Assembly (NCBI GenBank): GCA_044344255.1
Contig: JBIJDH010000002.1
Location: 480,001 to 544,000, forward strand
Origin: Myxococcota bacterium
GTDB lineage: Bacteria; Myxococcota_A; UBA796; UBA2385
DNA: 64,000 nt
Reading direction: 5' to 3'
Below, one piece after another: positions 1 through 9,405 of this stretch (the first letter of the stretch is position 1; each line of letters starts with the position of its first letter). Under the pieces are notes generated by a model that saw only the letters and a list, made by a program, of their open reading frames with translations, ran no database searches and had not been told where the DNA came from. The translations under genes were made by a program, and so were the position numbers.

Positions 1-268
1 CGGCGCCGTAGCCATCGGCGATCTGGGCGTCGAACTCGCTCAGGGTGACGTAGCCGCCCCAGTCGTAGGGCAGGCCCTGGAAGGTGCCGGCGCCGTAGTC
101 GCTCTCGTAGTCGGCGTCGCAGTCGGCGGTGGTGTTGGCGGAGGTGGCGGTCCAGCGGTGGGTGGCGTAGGCCGCGGCGGCGTCGAGGGCGGCCTCGCGG
201 GTGGTGGCCGAGGCGGGGGAGAGCGCGCCGAGCAGCAGCGGAACGCCGAGCGAGAGGAGGCCGGTCAT
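1..268 (-). CDS. Secreted protein, N-terminal part only (runs off the left edge); possible NlpC/P60 (C40)-like cell-wall hydrolase
   Basis: Not in the ORF track. Manual translation from ATG at 268: MTGLLSLGVPLLLGALSPASA-TTREAALDAAAAYATHRW...FQGLPYDWGGYVTLSEFDAQIADGYGA. It has a signal peptide and a GxPYxWGG motif. The ATG overlaps the TGA of the upstream gene (ATGA). Confidence 0.7.
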   Translation of the reverse strand, partial: MTGLLSLGVPLLLGALSPASATTREAALDAAAAYATHRWTATSANTTADCDADYESDYGAGTFQGLPYDWGGYVTLSEFDAQIADGYGA

Positions 269-1101
269 GGGCGCACCCGGACGATGTGCAGCCCGTCGGG
301 CTGAGGGTCGAGCCAGCCGACCTCGCCGTCGGGGCCCACCGCGATCGCGGCGGCGGGGGCGTAGACGGCGCTCGGGCCGGGGAGGCGGAGCTCGGCGGCG
401 GGCGAGGCGATCGGGCGGAGGGGGTAGAGGCCGCGGTGGGTGACGGCCCCGCGGGCGCCGTGCTCGACGAGGAGGTGATCGCCGAGGACCCTCACCGCCA
501 CGACGTCAGCGCCGAGGTTGAGCGGCTGACCGTCGAGGGCGAGGCGGCCTTGGCGGAGCGTGGCGCGGTGAGCGGGCGGTCGCAGGAGCGGCCGGCGGGC
601 GGGGCCGAGGCCCCCCGAAGGCAGGGTTGCGGCGGGGTGGGCGTTGCCGAAGGCGTCGACCACCAGCGCTTCATCTCCGGCCACGACGAGCTCACCCCCG
701 ATGGGGCAGAGGTCGTCGATGCGGCCGCGGGCCTGCTCGTTGAGGCCGCGGAAGCGCCGGAGCTCCCGGGCGCCGTCGTGGAGCACCAGCAGGTCACCCT
801 CGGCGGTGAAGGCGAGGCCGGTGGCGGCGGGCAACGAGAGGCGGCCGAAGCTGCCGTGGACCTCGGCGTGTACGGGATCCCAGACCGCCCAGGCGCCATC
901 GGGGCCGAGCGCGAGGAGGTCGGGGCCGAAGGCGGCCTGCTCCGGGAGGGCAGGGGAGAGGCCGACCGATCCCCAGGGGAGGACGAGCTCAACCCGATCT
1001 TCACCGCTGGCGGGGGCCCCCGCCCCCGGCGCGCCCAGCGTGGAGGGGGCACCTGCGAGGCTGGCCGAGATCAGAGTCCACCACATCAGAGTCCAGCGCA
1101 T
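265..1101 (-). CDS. Hypothetical secreted protein (beta-rich, possibly propeller-like)
   Basis: 278-aa ORF with an N-terminal signal peptide; translationally coupled to the next gene. Confidence 0.7.
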   Translation of the reverse strand: MRWTLMWWTLISASLAGAPSTLGAPGAGAPASGEDRVELVLPWGSVGLSPALPEQAAFGPDLLALGPDGAWAVWDPVHAEVHGSFGRLSLPAATGLAFTAEGDLLVLHDGARELRRFRGLNEQARGRIDDLCPIGGELVVAGDEALVVDAFGNAHPAATLPSGGLGPARRPLLRPPAHRATLRQGRLALDGQPLNLGADVVAVRVLGDHLLVEHGARGAVTHRGLYPLRPIASPAAELRLPGPSAVYAPAAAIAVGPDGEVGWLDPQPDGLHIVRVRP

Positions 1102-1151
1102 AGGACGATCCTTATCGCGCCCTTCGGCGGGCTGCGCTAACGACGCAGCCG

Positions 1152-2357
1152 ATGCACGTGGCCTTCGTCAACCTCTGGTGGCCGCCCGCCCTCGAGAGCC
1201 CCGCCGCGGTGGTGGCCGCCGATCCGCTGCGGCGCGCGCTCTCCCACGCCCTGCTCGCGCGGGGGCTGCGGGTGACCGTCATCCAGGAGTGGCGAGAGGA
1301 CGCGATCTTCGAGGACCGTGGCGCCGAGGGGGGCTCGGTCACCTGGCGCTTCGTGCGCACCCGGCCCTCCACCCGCGCCCTCCGCGCCCTCCTCGGCGCC
1401 GCCGGGCGGCGCGACGCCTTCGTGAAGGCGCCCTCGACGGCGCCGCTCGCCGCCCTCGCGGCGCTCCACCCCGACCTCATCCACTCCTTCGACCTCACCG
1501 CCACCGCCAGCCTCGCCTTGCTCGGCCGTTATGCTCGCGGGCGCGGGATCCCGCTGGTGGTGCACTTTCACGGCGGGGCCCCGGCTCGGATGGCGCCCCT
1601 GCGCGCCCTCGAGCGCCACGCCCTCTCCCGCTGTGACCGACTGCTCTTCACGGCCCGAGCGCAGGGCCTGGCCTGGGTGGACGCTGGGGCGCTCCCCGAT
1701 GATCGGCGCCTCGTCGAGGTCTTCGAGACCACCACCCTCTTCAGCCCGGGCCCGGCCCCCCGCCTGGAGGGCGCCCCCGCCTGCCTCGCGGTGGGTCGGC
1801 TCGACGCCGTGAAGGACCCGCTCACGCTGATCGAGGGCTTTCGGCGCCTGCGGGAGGCCCGCCCCGGGGCCGTGCTCCACCTCGCTTACACCGAGGCGCC
1901 CGCGCGGGCCGCGGTGGAGCGGGCGGCGGCGGGCCTGCCGGTTCGAATGCTGGGGCGCGTCGAGGATCCGCAGCCCCTCTATCGCGGCGCCGATTTGTTC
2001 TTGCAGGCGAGCACCCGAGAGGTCTGCGGGCGAGCCCCCCTCGAGGCGATGGCCAGCGGCCTCGTGCCGGTGCTGAGCGACATCCCGGCCTTTCGCCGCC
2101 TGACAGGTGACGGCGCGGTGGGCCGCCTCTTTCGAATGGGAGATCCAGACGATCTGGCACGGGCAGCGCTCTCGGTCACCGACCCCGAGGTCGAGGGGCG
2201 GCGCGCGCGGGCCGCCTTCGAGGCCCGGCTCTCTCCGGCGGCCCTCGCCCGCGAGGTCCTGGCCGTCTACGAGAGCTGCGCCCAGGAGAGGAGGCGGAGC
2301 GGGCCGCGCACCGCCGAGAGCCCGCCTGCGGCCAGCCAGTCGAGCTCCTCGCGGTAG
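1152..2357 (+). CDS. Glycosyltransferase family 4 (GT-B)
   Basis: VGRLDAVKD and EVCGRAPLEAMASG..VLSDIP (ExxxxxxxEAM) motifs. Confidence 0.9.
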   Translation: MHVAFVNLWWPPALESPAAVVAADPLRRALSHALLARGLRVTVIQEWREDAIFEDRGAEGGSVTWRFVRTRPSTRALRALLGAAGRRDAFVKAPSTAPLAALAALHPDLIHSFDLTATASLALLGRYARGRGIPLVVHFHGGAPARMAPLRALERHALSRCDRLLFTARAQGLAWVDAGALPDDRRLVEVFETTTLFSPGPAPRLEGAPACLAVGRLDAVKDPLTLIEGFRRLREARPGAVLHLAYTEAPARAAVERAAAGLPVRMLGRVEDPQPLYRGADLFLQASTREVCGRAPLEAMASGLVPVLSDIPAFRRLTGDGAVGRLFRMGDPDDLARAALSVTDPEVEGRRARAAFEARLSPAALAREVLAVYESCAQERRRSGPRTAESPPAASQSSSSR

Positions 2358-3025
2358 GTGGGGTCGTGGGGGTTGCCCGGGTGGGCCATCAGCTCGACGC
2401 TGGCCCCGCGGAGGAGGCGGCGGTGGAGGGGGTCGCGGAGGAGCGCTCGGAAGACCCGCACGCTCATGAACTCGTCAGTGGTGAGCGCCCCGTCGGCGCG
2501 GAGGGCCCTCCGGAAGCGCCGAGCCCGGAGCCACTGGGCGAGGCCCCGCGCGCCCACCCCGAGCCGCCAGGCCCCCATCGTGCGCGTGCGGCGGAGGCCG
2601 AAGCGGCGCCGAAGCTCGGCGACGACGCCGAAGAGGAGGGGCTGGTGGTGGAGGTGCTGGTGGGAGTCGAGGTGCGAGATCACGAGGCCCGCCGCCCGCA
2701 CCCGCTCGATCTGCGCCGCCCACTCGCCGAGCACCGCCGCCCGCTCGGCGGGCCCGGCGTGGAGGCCGAGGGGAGAGAGCGTCCCACCCTGGAGCAACGG
2801 GGTGAGCCCCGGGTGGTGGGTCAAGGGCGGCCCCTCAGAGAGGTTGAGGTGGACCCCGACCGGCGGTGAGCCCAGGCCGCGCAGCCGCCCCGCCGCGTCT
2901 TCAAAGGCCGGCCCGTTGGCCATCAGCGAGGTGGAGCTGCACCAGCCGAGCCGGAGCGCTCGCTCGATCGCCTCGTTGATCTCGACGCTGAGGCCGAGAT
3001 CGTCTGCGTTAACGATCACCCGCAC
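2267..3025 (-). CDS. ChbG/HpnK/YdjC-family carbohydrate deacetylase
   Basis: NADDLG, GVHLNLSEG, HLDSHQHLH and ELMAHPG motifs. Confidence 0.9.
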   Translation of the reverse strand: MRVIVNADDLGLSVEINEAIERALRLGWCSSTSLMANGPAFEDAAGRLRGLGSPPVGVHLNLSEGPPLTHHPGLTPLLQGGTLSPLGLHAGPAERAAVLGEWAAQIERVRAAGLVISHLDSHQHLHHQPLLFGVVAELRRRFGLRRTRTMGAWRLGVGARGLAQWLRARRFRRALRADGALTTDEFMSVRVFRALLRDPLHRRLLRGASVELMAHPGNPHDPTYREELDWLAAGGLSAVRGPLRLLSWAQLS

Positions 3026-3042
3026 GCCGCCGCCCTTATCCC

Positions 3043-3063
3043 TCAGCCGTCAGCCGTCAGCGG
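3043..3063 (-). repeat. 7-bp tandem repeat (TGACGGC on the minus strand) around the stop codon of the 605-aa gene
   Basis: + strand tcagccg tcagccg tcagcgg; TCA at 3043, 3050 and 3057. Confidence 0.8.
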
Positions 3064-4874
3064 TCGCGGCCGCCGCGCTTGGTGCCCTTGCGGTCGTCTC
3101 GGCGGCTGTCCTTCTTGGTGTCCTTCTTGGTGTCTTTCTTGGTGTCCTTCTTCGTGTCCTTCTTGGTGTCCTTCTTGGTGTCTTTCTTGGTGTCCTTCTT
3201 CGGGTCCTGGTCGGTCGTCTCCTGGTCGGCCATGAAGTACAGGCCGCCGCCGGCGCCGAAGACGAAGAAGCCGCCGCAGATCAGCGCGGCGACGATGCCG
3301 ACCACGGCGACGATGGCGGTGAGCGAGAAGCCTCCCTTCTCGTCGTCGACGGTGGCATAGGGGACCTCCGCAGGTTTGGGCGGCGGGAGGGGGGCCGAGC
3401 GCGCGGGCTCCGCAGCCTTGAGCGGCTCCGCAGCCTTGAGCGGCTCGACGGCCTTGGGCGGCGCCAACGGGGGGGCGGAACGCGGGGGGATGCCTTGCAC
3501 CGGCTGGAGCAGCGGTGAGACCGGCGGCTTCTGGGGCTCGTAGGGCAGCACGGGCTCGTAGGGCTTCGGGGGCTCGTAGGGCCGGGCGGGCTGGTAGGGT
3601 CGGGTCGCCCCCTCGTACGGCTTGAGGAGCGGGCTGCCCTCGGGGCGACCGAGCGGCGGCGGTGCTGGCTCAACGGGGAGGGGAGGGGGCGCGAGGCGCG
3701 GGGCCTCGACGGGGAGCGGCGGCGACACCGCGGCGGCGACCGCGACCGCGGCGGAGGCTGCGGCGACCGTGCCAGCGACCGCTGGGGCGATCTTCCCGGT
3801 GGGCAGCTCCACCGTGGAGGTCGGCGCGCCGAAGTCGGGCAGCGGGGGCGGGAGGTCGCCGCTCAGGGGGGGCGGCGCGATCGGGAGCGCGGCGAGGGGT
3901 GGCGGGATCGGGAGCGCGGCGAGGGGCGGCGCGACCTCCTGCGGGGGAGCCGGCGGCGCGGCCTCCGGCGGACGGAGGAAGTCTTCGCGCCACTTCTCGG
4001 CGAGGGGGTGCAGGGTCGCGAGCCCGGCCTCGCGGGCGGAGCGCCAGACCACGGCGTCGGCGGCGAGGCGGGTGCCGAGGAACCGGTAGACCGGCAGCAC
4101 ATCGGCCCCGACGGCCAGCAGATCGGCGGCGACATCGAGGCCCTTCAGGGCGACGGGGAGGCCGCGCTCGATGGCGTCGGCGGCGGGGCCGGCGTCGCGG
4201 GCGGTGGCGAAGGCCACGCTGTCGATCAGAAAGACGAGGTCTGGGAGGCGCAGGCGGGCGCGGCTCACGGCGTCGGCCCCGACGACGGCGGCGAGCTTCC
4301 CGGCCTGCTCGTCGAGGTGCTGGGTGACAAAGCCCGCCAGGACGCCACGGGCGCCGATGGTCTCCTGGAGGAAGGGCAGGGCGACCTCGGCGGCGGCCAT
4401 GTAGGCGACGATGCCACGCCCGGCCTCGATCGCGATTAGCTCGCCAATGGGCTCCTCCTCTCCAGGGAAGAGGCGCTCGAGCAGGTGAGCGAGGGCCAGG
4501 GCCTTGAGGACAGCGTCCTTGGCCTGCATGTCGGCCCAGCCCGCGGGGGGGGCCACGCTGCCGCCCTTCTTGCTCCGGTAGAGCTGGAAGGCGGAGCGCA
4601 CGCTGGTGAAGATCGTGACTACGCCGTCGCCGGCGTCGAGGCCGGTGGCGATCCAGACCGCTTTGCGGACGGCCTCGTCCTGGCTCAGGGCGCGCGCACG
4701 CTGCCCGATCGCCCCGGAAGGCGCCTGCGTGTAAACCGTAGAGATGGCGTCGAGGCTGCGGCCCTCGGACAGCGGGTCTACATAGGGGAGCGCGTTCAGG
4801 AGCCCGTTGCAGAGCAGGACCGTGACGTCGCGGGGGCCGAACTTATCGAGCTGGGCGTCAAGATCGGAGGACAA
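3057..4874 (-). CDS. Hypothetical single-pass membrane protein: helical N-domain, Pro-rich linker, TM helix, (KKDT)n tail
   Basis: 605-aa ORF with a globular-looking first ~300 aa, Pro/Ala-rich region with PYEP and KAAEPL repeats, hydrophobic segment FSLTAIVAVVGIVAALICGGFFVFG, and a KKDT repeat. Confidence 0.8.
   Translation of the reverse strand: MSSDLDAQLDKFGPRDVTVLLCNGLLNALPYVDPLSEGRSLDAISTVYTQAPSGAIGQRARALSQDEAVRKAVWIATGLDAGDGVVTIFTSVRSAFQLYRSKKGGSVAPPAGWADMQAKDAVLKALALAHLLERLFPGEEEPIGELIAIEAGRGIVAYMAAAEVALPFLQETIGARGVLAGFVTQHLDEQAGKLAAVVGADAVSRARLRLPDLVFLIDSVAFATARDAGPAADAIERGLPVALKGLDVAADLLAVGADVLPVYRFLGTRLAADAVVWRSAREAGLATLHPLAEKWREDFLRPPEAAPPAPPQEVAPPLAALPIPPPLAALPIAPPPLSGDLPPPLPDFGAPTSTVELPTGKIAPAVAGTVAAASAAVAVAAAVSPPLPVEAPRLAPPPLPVEPAPPPLGRPEGSPLLKPYEGATRPYQPARPYEPPKPYEPVLPYEPQKPPVSPLLQPVQGIPPRSAPPLAPPKAVEPLKAAEPLKAAEPARSAPLPPPKPAEVPYATVDDEKGGFSLTAIVAVVGIVAALICGGFFVFGAGGGLYFMADQETTDQDPKKDTKKDTKKDTKKDTKKDTKKDTKKDTKKDSRRDDRKGTKRGGRDR
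3105..3200 (-). repeat. 12-bp coding tandem repeat, (KKDT)x7 + KKDS
   Basis: Repeated (g)tccttcttggt/cgt units on the + strand. Confidence 0.95.
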
Positions 4875-4901
4875 GGTGGCTCCCGGTTATCGCGCCCGCG
4901 C

Positions 4902-4941
4902 TGCTTAGCCTGTCTCAGGGGTGCTTAGCCTGTCTCGGGGC
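4902..4941. repeat. 20-bp imperfect tandem duplication in the upstream region of the 605-aa gene
   Basis: tgcttagcctgtctcagggg followed by tgcttagcctgtctcggggc. Confidence 0.9.
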
Positions 4942-4977
4942 CGAAGATCCACCAGCGCGCGGTGAAGCCGGCCGCCT

Positions 4978-6363
4978 TCAGCGCGGCGCGCCGAGGATCT
5001 CGCCCACCACACGCTCGGCGGACTGGAGCGCCCCCTCGAAGTAGCCGGTCCACTCCGTCGCGGTCTCCGTGCCCGCGAAGTGCAGCGGACCCACCACGGC
5101 GCGGAGGGCGGGGCCGTCCCGGCCGAGGACGCCGGGCGGGGGCATGCCGACGGGGCAGCCGCCGCTCCAGGGCTCGTCGCTCCAGTCGTGCTCGATGACC
5201 TCCTGGGCGTCGCGGGCCGCGGGCCCGAAGAAGTGGGCGAGGTGGTCGAGGAAGCGGGCGCGGCGCTCATCCAGGCTCCGTTCCCGGTGGCGGCTCGCCT
5301 CGTCGCCGACCACGAAGCCGACCAACGCCGAGACCTCGCCGCGCACGCTCGAATTGTCGTAGGTGAAGGCGCAGAGCCCGCCGTGGGAGAGGGACTCCCC
5401 CGAGAGGCCCTGCGCTCGCCAGAAGGGGCGCTCGTAGAGCGCGAGGCACTTGATCGTGCGGCCCATCGGCATCGCGCCCATCAAGCGGCTCCGCTCGTTC
5501 GGCAAGGGCGGGCGGAGGTCGAGGCGGGCCGCCGGGGCCGGCGGGAGGGCGACGATCAGCCGCCGGGCTGCATAGGCGGCCCCCTTCGACCAGGCGACCA
5601 CGCCGTCCTGGTCCCAGTCGATCCGATCGACCGGGGTCGAGAGCTGGACCGGTCGCTGGAGCGCGGCGGCGAGGCGGAGGCTGATCGACTGCGCGCCCTC
5701 GACGAAGCGCCGCTCTTGGGCCCCGCCCGCCACCTCGGCGAGGCGCTCGACCCGGCCCGCCGCCTTGCCGTACGCGAGGAAGTACAGCATCGAGAGCTCC
5801 CGCGGCTCGGCCGACCAGCAGGAGCGGATGAGGAGGTCGACCAGCTTCCGCGTCTCCGGGCGGTGGAGGTGCGCGGCGACCCAGGCCTCGGCGCTCACGG
5901 CGTCGAGGGCGGCCGCGTCTTCGGCGGTCCACGGGGCCTCGACCGGCACCCCACGGGCCAGCCAGGCGATGCGCCAGAGCGTCGCCTGAACGCGCACGAG
6001 GTCGAGCAGGGAGAGGGCAGGGAGATCGCCCTCATAGCGCCGCACGCCGTCGCCGAGGTCGAGGAGCTTGGTGCCGCTGTGGTAGGTCGGGAAGGTCTCG
6101 AGGCCGAATTCCTCGATCAGGGCCTGCAGCCGAGGCTGGCGGGCGCCGATCCACTGTCCGCCCACGTCGAAGGTCGCCCCACGCACCGGCACGCTGCACG
6201 TGCGGCCACCGACCCGGTCTCGGGCCTCGAGCACGAGCACGTCCTGGCCCGCCCGGCAGAGCGCGCGCGCCGCTGAGAGCCCGGCGATGCCGGCCCCGAC
6301 CACGATCACGTCGGCCCGCCCGGCCTCGCCTCCGCGCGCTGTCGCCCCCTGCTCCTGTGCCAT
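4978..6363 (-). CDS. Flavin monoamine oxidase family protein
   Basis: VIVVGAGIAGL..A (Rossmann), LEARDRVGGRT, DVGGQWIG, HDWSDEPWSGGCP and LHFAGTETA...GYFEGALQS motifs; start moved to ATG 6363 (MAQEQ). Confidence 0.92.
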   Translation of the reverse strand: MAQEQGATARGGEAGRADVIVVGAGIAGLSAARALCRAGQDVLVLEARDRVGGRTCSVPVRGATFDVGGQWIGARQPRLQALIEEFGLETFPTYHSGTKLLDLGDGVRRYEGDLPALSLLDLVRVQATLWRIAWLARGVPVEAPWTAEDAAALDAVSAEAWVAAHLHRPETRKLVDLLIRSCWSAEPRELSMLYFLAYGKAAGRVERLAEVAGGAQERRFVEGAQSISLRLAAALQRPVQLSTPVDRIDWDQDGVVAWSKGAAYAARRLIVALPPAPAARLDLRPPLPNERSRLMGAMPMGRTIKCLALYERPFWRAQGLSGESLSHGGLCAFTYDNSSVRGEVSALVGFVVGDEASRHRERSLDERRARFLDHLAHFFGPAARDAQEVIEHDWSDEPWSGGCPVGMPPPGVLGRDGPALRAVVGPLHFAGTETATEWTGYFEGALQSAERVVGEILGAPR

Positions 6364-6436
6364 CCTGCCCCCCGCCGCGCCGCAGCCCGAGCGCCGTGGT
6401 ACCACAGCGGCCTCCCCTTGTCTGGAACCCCCGATC

Positions 6437-7897
6437 ATGGCTGACGAAGCGCTCCTCACCGCCTCCGCCACCTCCCTGGCCCGCGCCATCGCCCGGGGCG
6501 AGCTCAGCTCGGAGGGGGTCGTCGAGGCCCACATCCGGAAGATCCAAGAGGTCAATCCGGTGATCAACGCGATGGTCGCCGACCGCTTCGATCTCGCGCG
6601 CGAGGAGGCCCGCTCGGCGGATCGGCTGCGGGCGCAGGTGCCGATGCGCTTCCTGCCTCCCCTGCACGGCGTGCCCTGCACGATCAAGGAGAGCTTCATG
6701 CTCCCCGGCATGCCCAACACCGGCGGGCTCGTGTCGCGGAAGGCGCAGCTCGCCACGCGCGAGGCGCCGACGGTGGGGCGACTGCGGGAGGCGGGCGCCA
6801 TCCCCCTCGGGGTGACCAACCTCTCCGAGCTCTGCATGTGGTTGGAGTCGAACAACCGCGTCTATGGGCGGTCCAACAACCCCTATGACACGAGCCGGAT
6901 CGTCGGCGGCAGCTCGGGCGGCGAGGGGGCGATCGTGGGGGCGGGCGGGAGCCCCTTCGGCCTCGGCGCCGACGTGGGCGGCTCGATCCGGCTCCCCGCC
7001 TTCTTCAACGGGGTCTTCGGCCACAAGGCCTCGAGCGGCCTCGTCCCGAACCTCGGCCAGTTCCCGGTCTCCCACGGCGAGGGGCTGCGGATGCTCGCCA
7101 CGGGCCCCATTTGCCGCCGGGCGGAGGACCTCTGGCCGCTGATGCGCGTGCTCGCCGGCCCCCATCCCGACGAGCCCAGCGTGGATCACCGGCTCCAGGG
7201 GGACCCTTCGATCGTCAACCTCCGCGGGCTGCGGGTCTGCGTGGCCGAGCACCCCGGTGCGCTGGCGCCGGCCCCCGCCCAGCAGGAGGCGGTGCGGCGG
7301 GCGGCCGACGCCCTCCGCGAGCGAGGGGCCGAGGTCGTCCCGGCCGAGACCGCCTGGTTCCGCGAGGCCTTCACGCTCTGGTCGCAGCGGATGTCGGGCG
7401 CCAACGACATCACCTTCCACGAGCTCATGGGCACCGGCGGCGAGAAGCCGAAGCTCGCGCGCGAATTCTACCGCCTCGCCCGCGGCCGCTCCGATCACAC
7501 GCTCCCGGCGCTGATGCTGGCGGCGCTCGAGAAGATCCCCGGGGTCAACCCCACCGATCTGGGCCCGGTTCGCGTGCGCCTGCAAGAGATCCGCCACGAC
7601 ATCGCCCGACAGCTCGGGCCGCGCGGCGTGCTCTTGCTGCCCACGTTCCCGCGCCCGGCGCCGCGTCACAATCGACCCATGCTCCGCTTCTACGAGGCGG
7701 GCTACACGGGCCTGTTCAACGCCCTGGAGATGCCGGCGACGCAGATCCCGTGCGGCCTCGATCCCGAAGGTTTGCCCACCGGCGTGCAGGCCGTGGGCCG
7801 ACACGGGGACGACGCGGTCACGATCGCCGTCGCGGTGGCCCTCGAAGAGGCGCTGGGCGGCTGGATCCCGCCCTGGGAGGTCGGAGCCCGCCGCTGA
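6437..7897 (+). CDS. Amidase signature family enzyme (FAAH2-like)
   Basis: PLHGVPCTIKES, GGSSGGEG and GADVGGSIRLPAFFNG (Lys-Ser-Ser triad); start at ATG 6437. Confidence 0.93.
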   Translation: MADEALLTASATSLARAIARGELSSEGVVEAHIRKIQEVNPVINAMVADRFDLAREEARSADRLRAQVPMRFLPPLHGVPCTIKESFMLPGMPNTGGLVSRKAQLATREAPTVGRLREAGAIPLGVTNLSELCMWLESNNRVYGRSNNPYDTSRIVGGSSGGEGAIVGAGGSPFGLGADVGGSIRLPAFFNGVFGHKASSGLVPNLGQFPVSHGEGLRMLATGPICRRAEDLWPLMRVLAGPHPDEPSVDHRLQGDPSIVNLRGLRVCVAEHPGALAPAPAQQEAVRRAADALRERGAEVVPAETAWFREAFTLWSQRMSGANDITFHELMGTGGEKPKLAREFYRLARGRSDHTLPALMLAALEKIPGVNPTDLGPVRVRLQEIRHDIARQLGPRGVLLLPTFPRPAPRHNRPMLRFYEAGYTGLFNALEMPATQIPCGLDPEGLPTGVQAVGRHGDDAVTIAVAVALEEALGGWIPPWEVGARR

Positions 7898-7951
7898 TCG
7901 GCGCAGACGACGGCGAGGGGAGCCCAACGGCGCCCCTCGCCGGGCGGCGTC

Positions 7952-8446
7952 TCAGAGCTGGCCGCAGTCCGCGATGGTGACCTTGGTGGAGGTCTTGCCG
8001 CTCGACGAGCCGACCTTCTCGACCGCCGTGATCACGTTCATCCCCTCGACGACCTTGCCGAAGACGACGTGCTTGCCGTCGAGCCAAGAGCAGGGGACGG
8101 TCGTGATGAAGAACTGGCTGCCGTTCGTGCCCGGGCCGGCGTTGGCCATCGAGAGGAGGCCGGGGACGGTGTGCTTGTGGATGAAGTTCTCATCGGCGAA
8201 CTTGTTGCCGTAGATCGACTTGCCGCCGGTGCCGTTGTGGTTCGTGAAGTCCCCGCCCTGGAGCATGAACTGGGGGATCACCCGGTGGAAGCTGCTGCCC
8301 TTGTAGCCGAAGCCGGGCTCGCCCGTGCAGAGCTGACGGAAGTTCTCGGCCGTCTTGGGGACGGTGTCCGTGTAGAGCTCGAAGACGACGCGGGCGGCGG
8401 GCTGGGTGCCGATCTGGATGTCGAAGAAGACGCGCGAATTGGCCAA
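7952..8446 (-). CDS. ppiA: Cyclophilin-type peptidyl-prolyl cis-trans isomerase
   Basis: [43 protein letters not shown] and [10 protein letters not shown] motifs; TTG start after an AGGAGG RBS. Confidence 0.95.
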   Translation of the reverse strand: MANSRVFFDIQIGTQPAARVVFELYTDTVPKTAENFRQLCTGEPGFGYKGSSFHRVIPQFMLQGGDFTNHNGTGGKSIYGNKFADENFIHKHTVPGLLSMANAGPGTNGSQFFITTVPCSWLDGKHVVFGKVVEGMNVITAVEKVGSSSGKTSTKVTIADCGQL

Positions 8447-8544
8447 AGGAGCCTCCTGGGAAAGGACGGCTCCGATAGCACGGCGCCCCCGCGCTCGCAC
8501 CGCCCAAGGCGGGGAGGGGGGGCGCCTTCGTCCGGGCTCGGCCT

Positions 8545-9405
8545 CTACTCGGCGCTGAAGGCAGCCACCACCGCGGAGGCGGGGAGGGCGGCGAGGGGCG
8601 TCGAAGAGAAGGTGTAGCCGTCGGCGGCGGGCTGGTAGGTGGTCAGCGTGGCGGCGGGCACCGTCCAGAGGCCGCGGGTGGCGGCGACGGTGGAGGTGTT
8701 CTTCGTGCTGCCCGTCGTGTACATGCCGTCGGAGAGATCGGTGTCGCCGTAGTAGGGCACGCAGGCGCCGCAGGTGATGGTGGCGCCGTCGATGCCGTTG
8801 CCCGCGTTGTCGGTGATGAAGCCGATGGTCATGCCGTCGGTGTTGAGGTCACCGGTGTAGCCGCCGAGGGCCAGCGAGGCGGCGATGCCGTCCTTGGTCT
8901 CGTTCGGGATGAAGAAGGCGGTGCGGCCATCGACCGTGCCGCCGTCTTCGACGTCGGCGTAGGTCGCGTTCGAGACGCCGGTCGCGGTCGGGAAGACGGT
9001 CGCCCCGGGGGTGTCGCAGTCGCGGTTGAGGAGCAGGAGGCCGAGGCCGATCTTGGGGACGGCCGTGAGCGTGAAGGTGCCGTCGCTGGCGACGGTGGTG
9101 CTGGAGACGACCTCGGGATCGCCGCCGGAGAGCACGTTCGTGGGGTCGAGCGCGTCGATGCAGAGGCCGGCGCCGCCCGGGGCGAAGAGCCCAAAGTCGA
9201 GGGAGTTGCCGGTGATGGTGAAGGTGGGATCGGCGTCGGTGTCGGCGTCGGTGTCGGCGTCGGTGTCGGCGTCGGTGTCCGCATCGGTGTCGGCGTCGGT
9301 GTCAGCGTCCGACTCGTCGACCGCGCTGTCCTCCCCCTTGTCCTTGCAGGCGGTGAAGGAGAGGGTGAGGCCGAGGAGGCTGAGACCGAAGAGAGTGCGC
9401 GTCAT
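8545..9405 (-). CDS. Hypothetical lipoprotein with Asp/Thr repeat linker and beta-rich domains
   Basis: Lipobox FTAC; (DTDA)n linker; Thr/Gly-rich beta-like body. Confidence 0.85.
   Translation of the reverse strand: MTRTLFGLSLLGLTLSFTACKDKGEDSAVDESDADTDADTDADTDADTDADTDADTDADPTFTITGNSLDFGLFAPGGAGLCIDALDPTNVLSGGDPEVVSSTTVASDGTFTLTAVPKIGLGLLLLNRDCDTPGATVFPTATGVSNATYADVEDGGTVDGRTAFFIPNETKDGIAASLALGGYTGDLNTDGMTIGFITDNAGNGIDGATITCGACVPYYGDTDLSDGMYTTGSTKNTSTVAATRGLWTVPAATLTTYQPAADGYTFSSTPLAALPASAVVAAFSAE
9229..9309 (-). repeat. 12-bp coding tandem repeat (DADT)n
   Basis: About six gtcggcgtcggt units. Confidence 0.95.
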
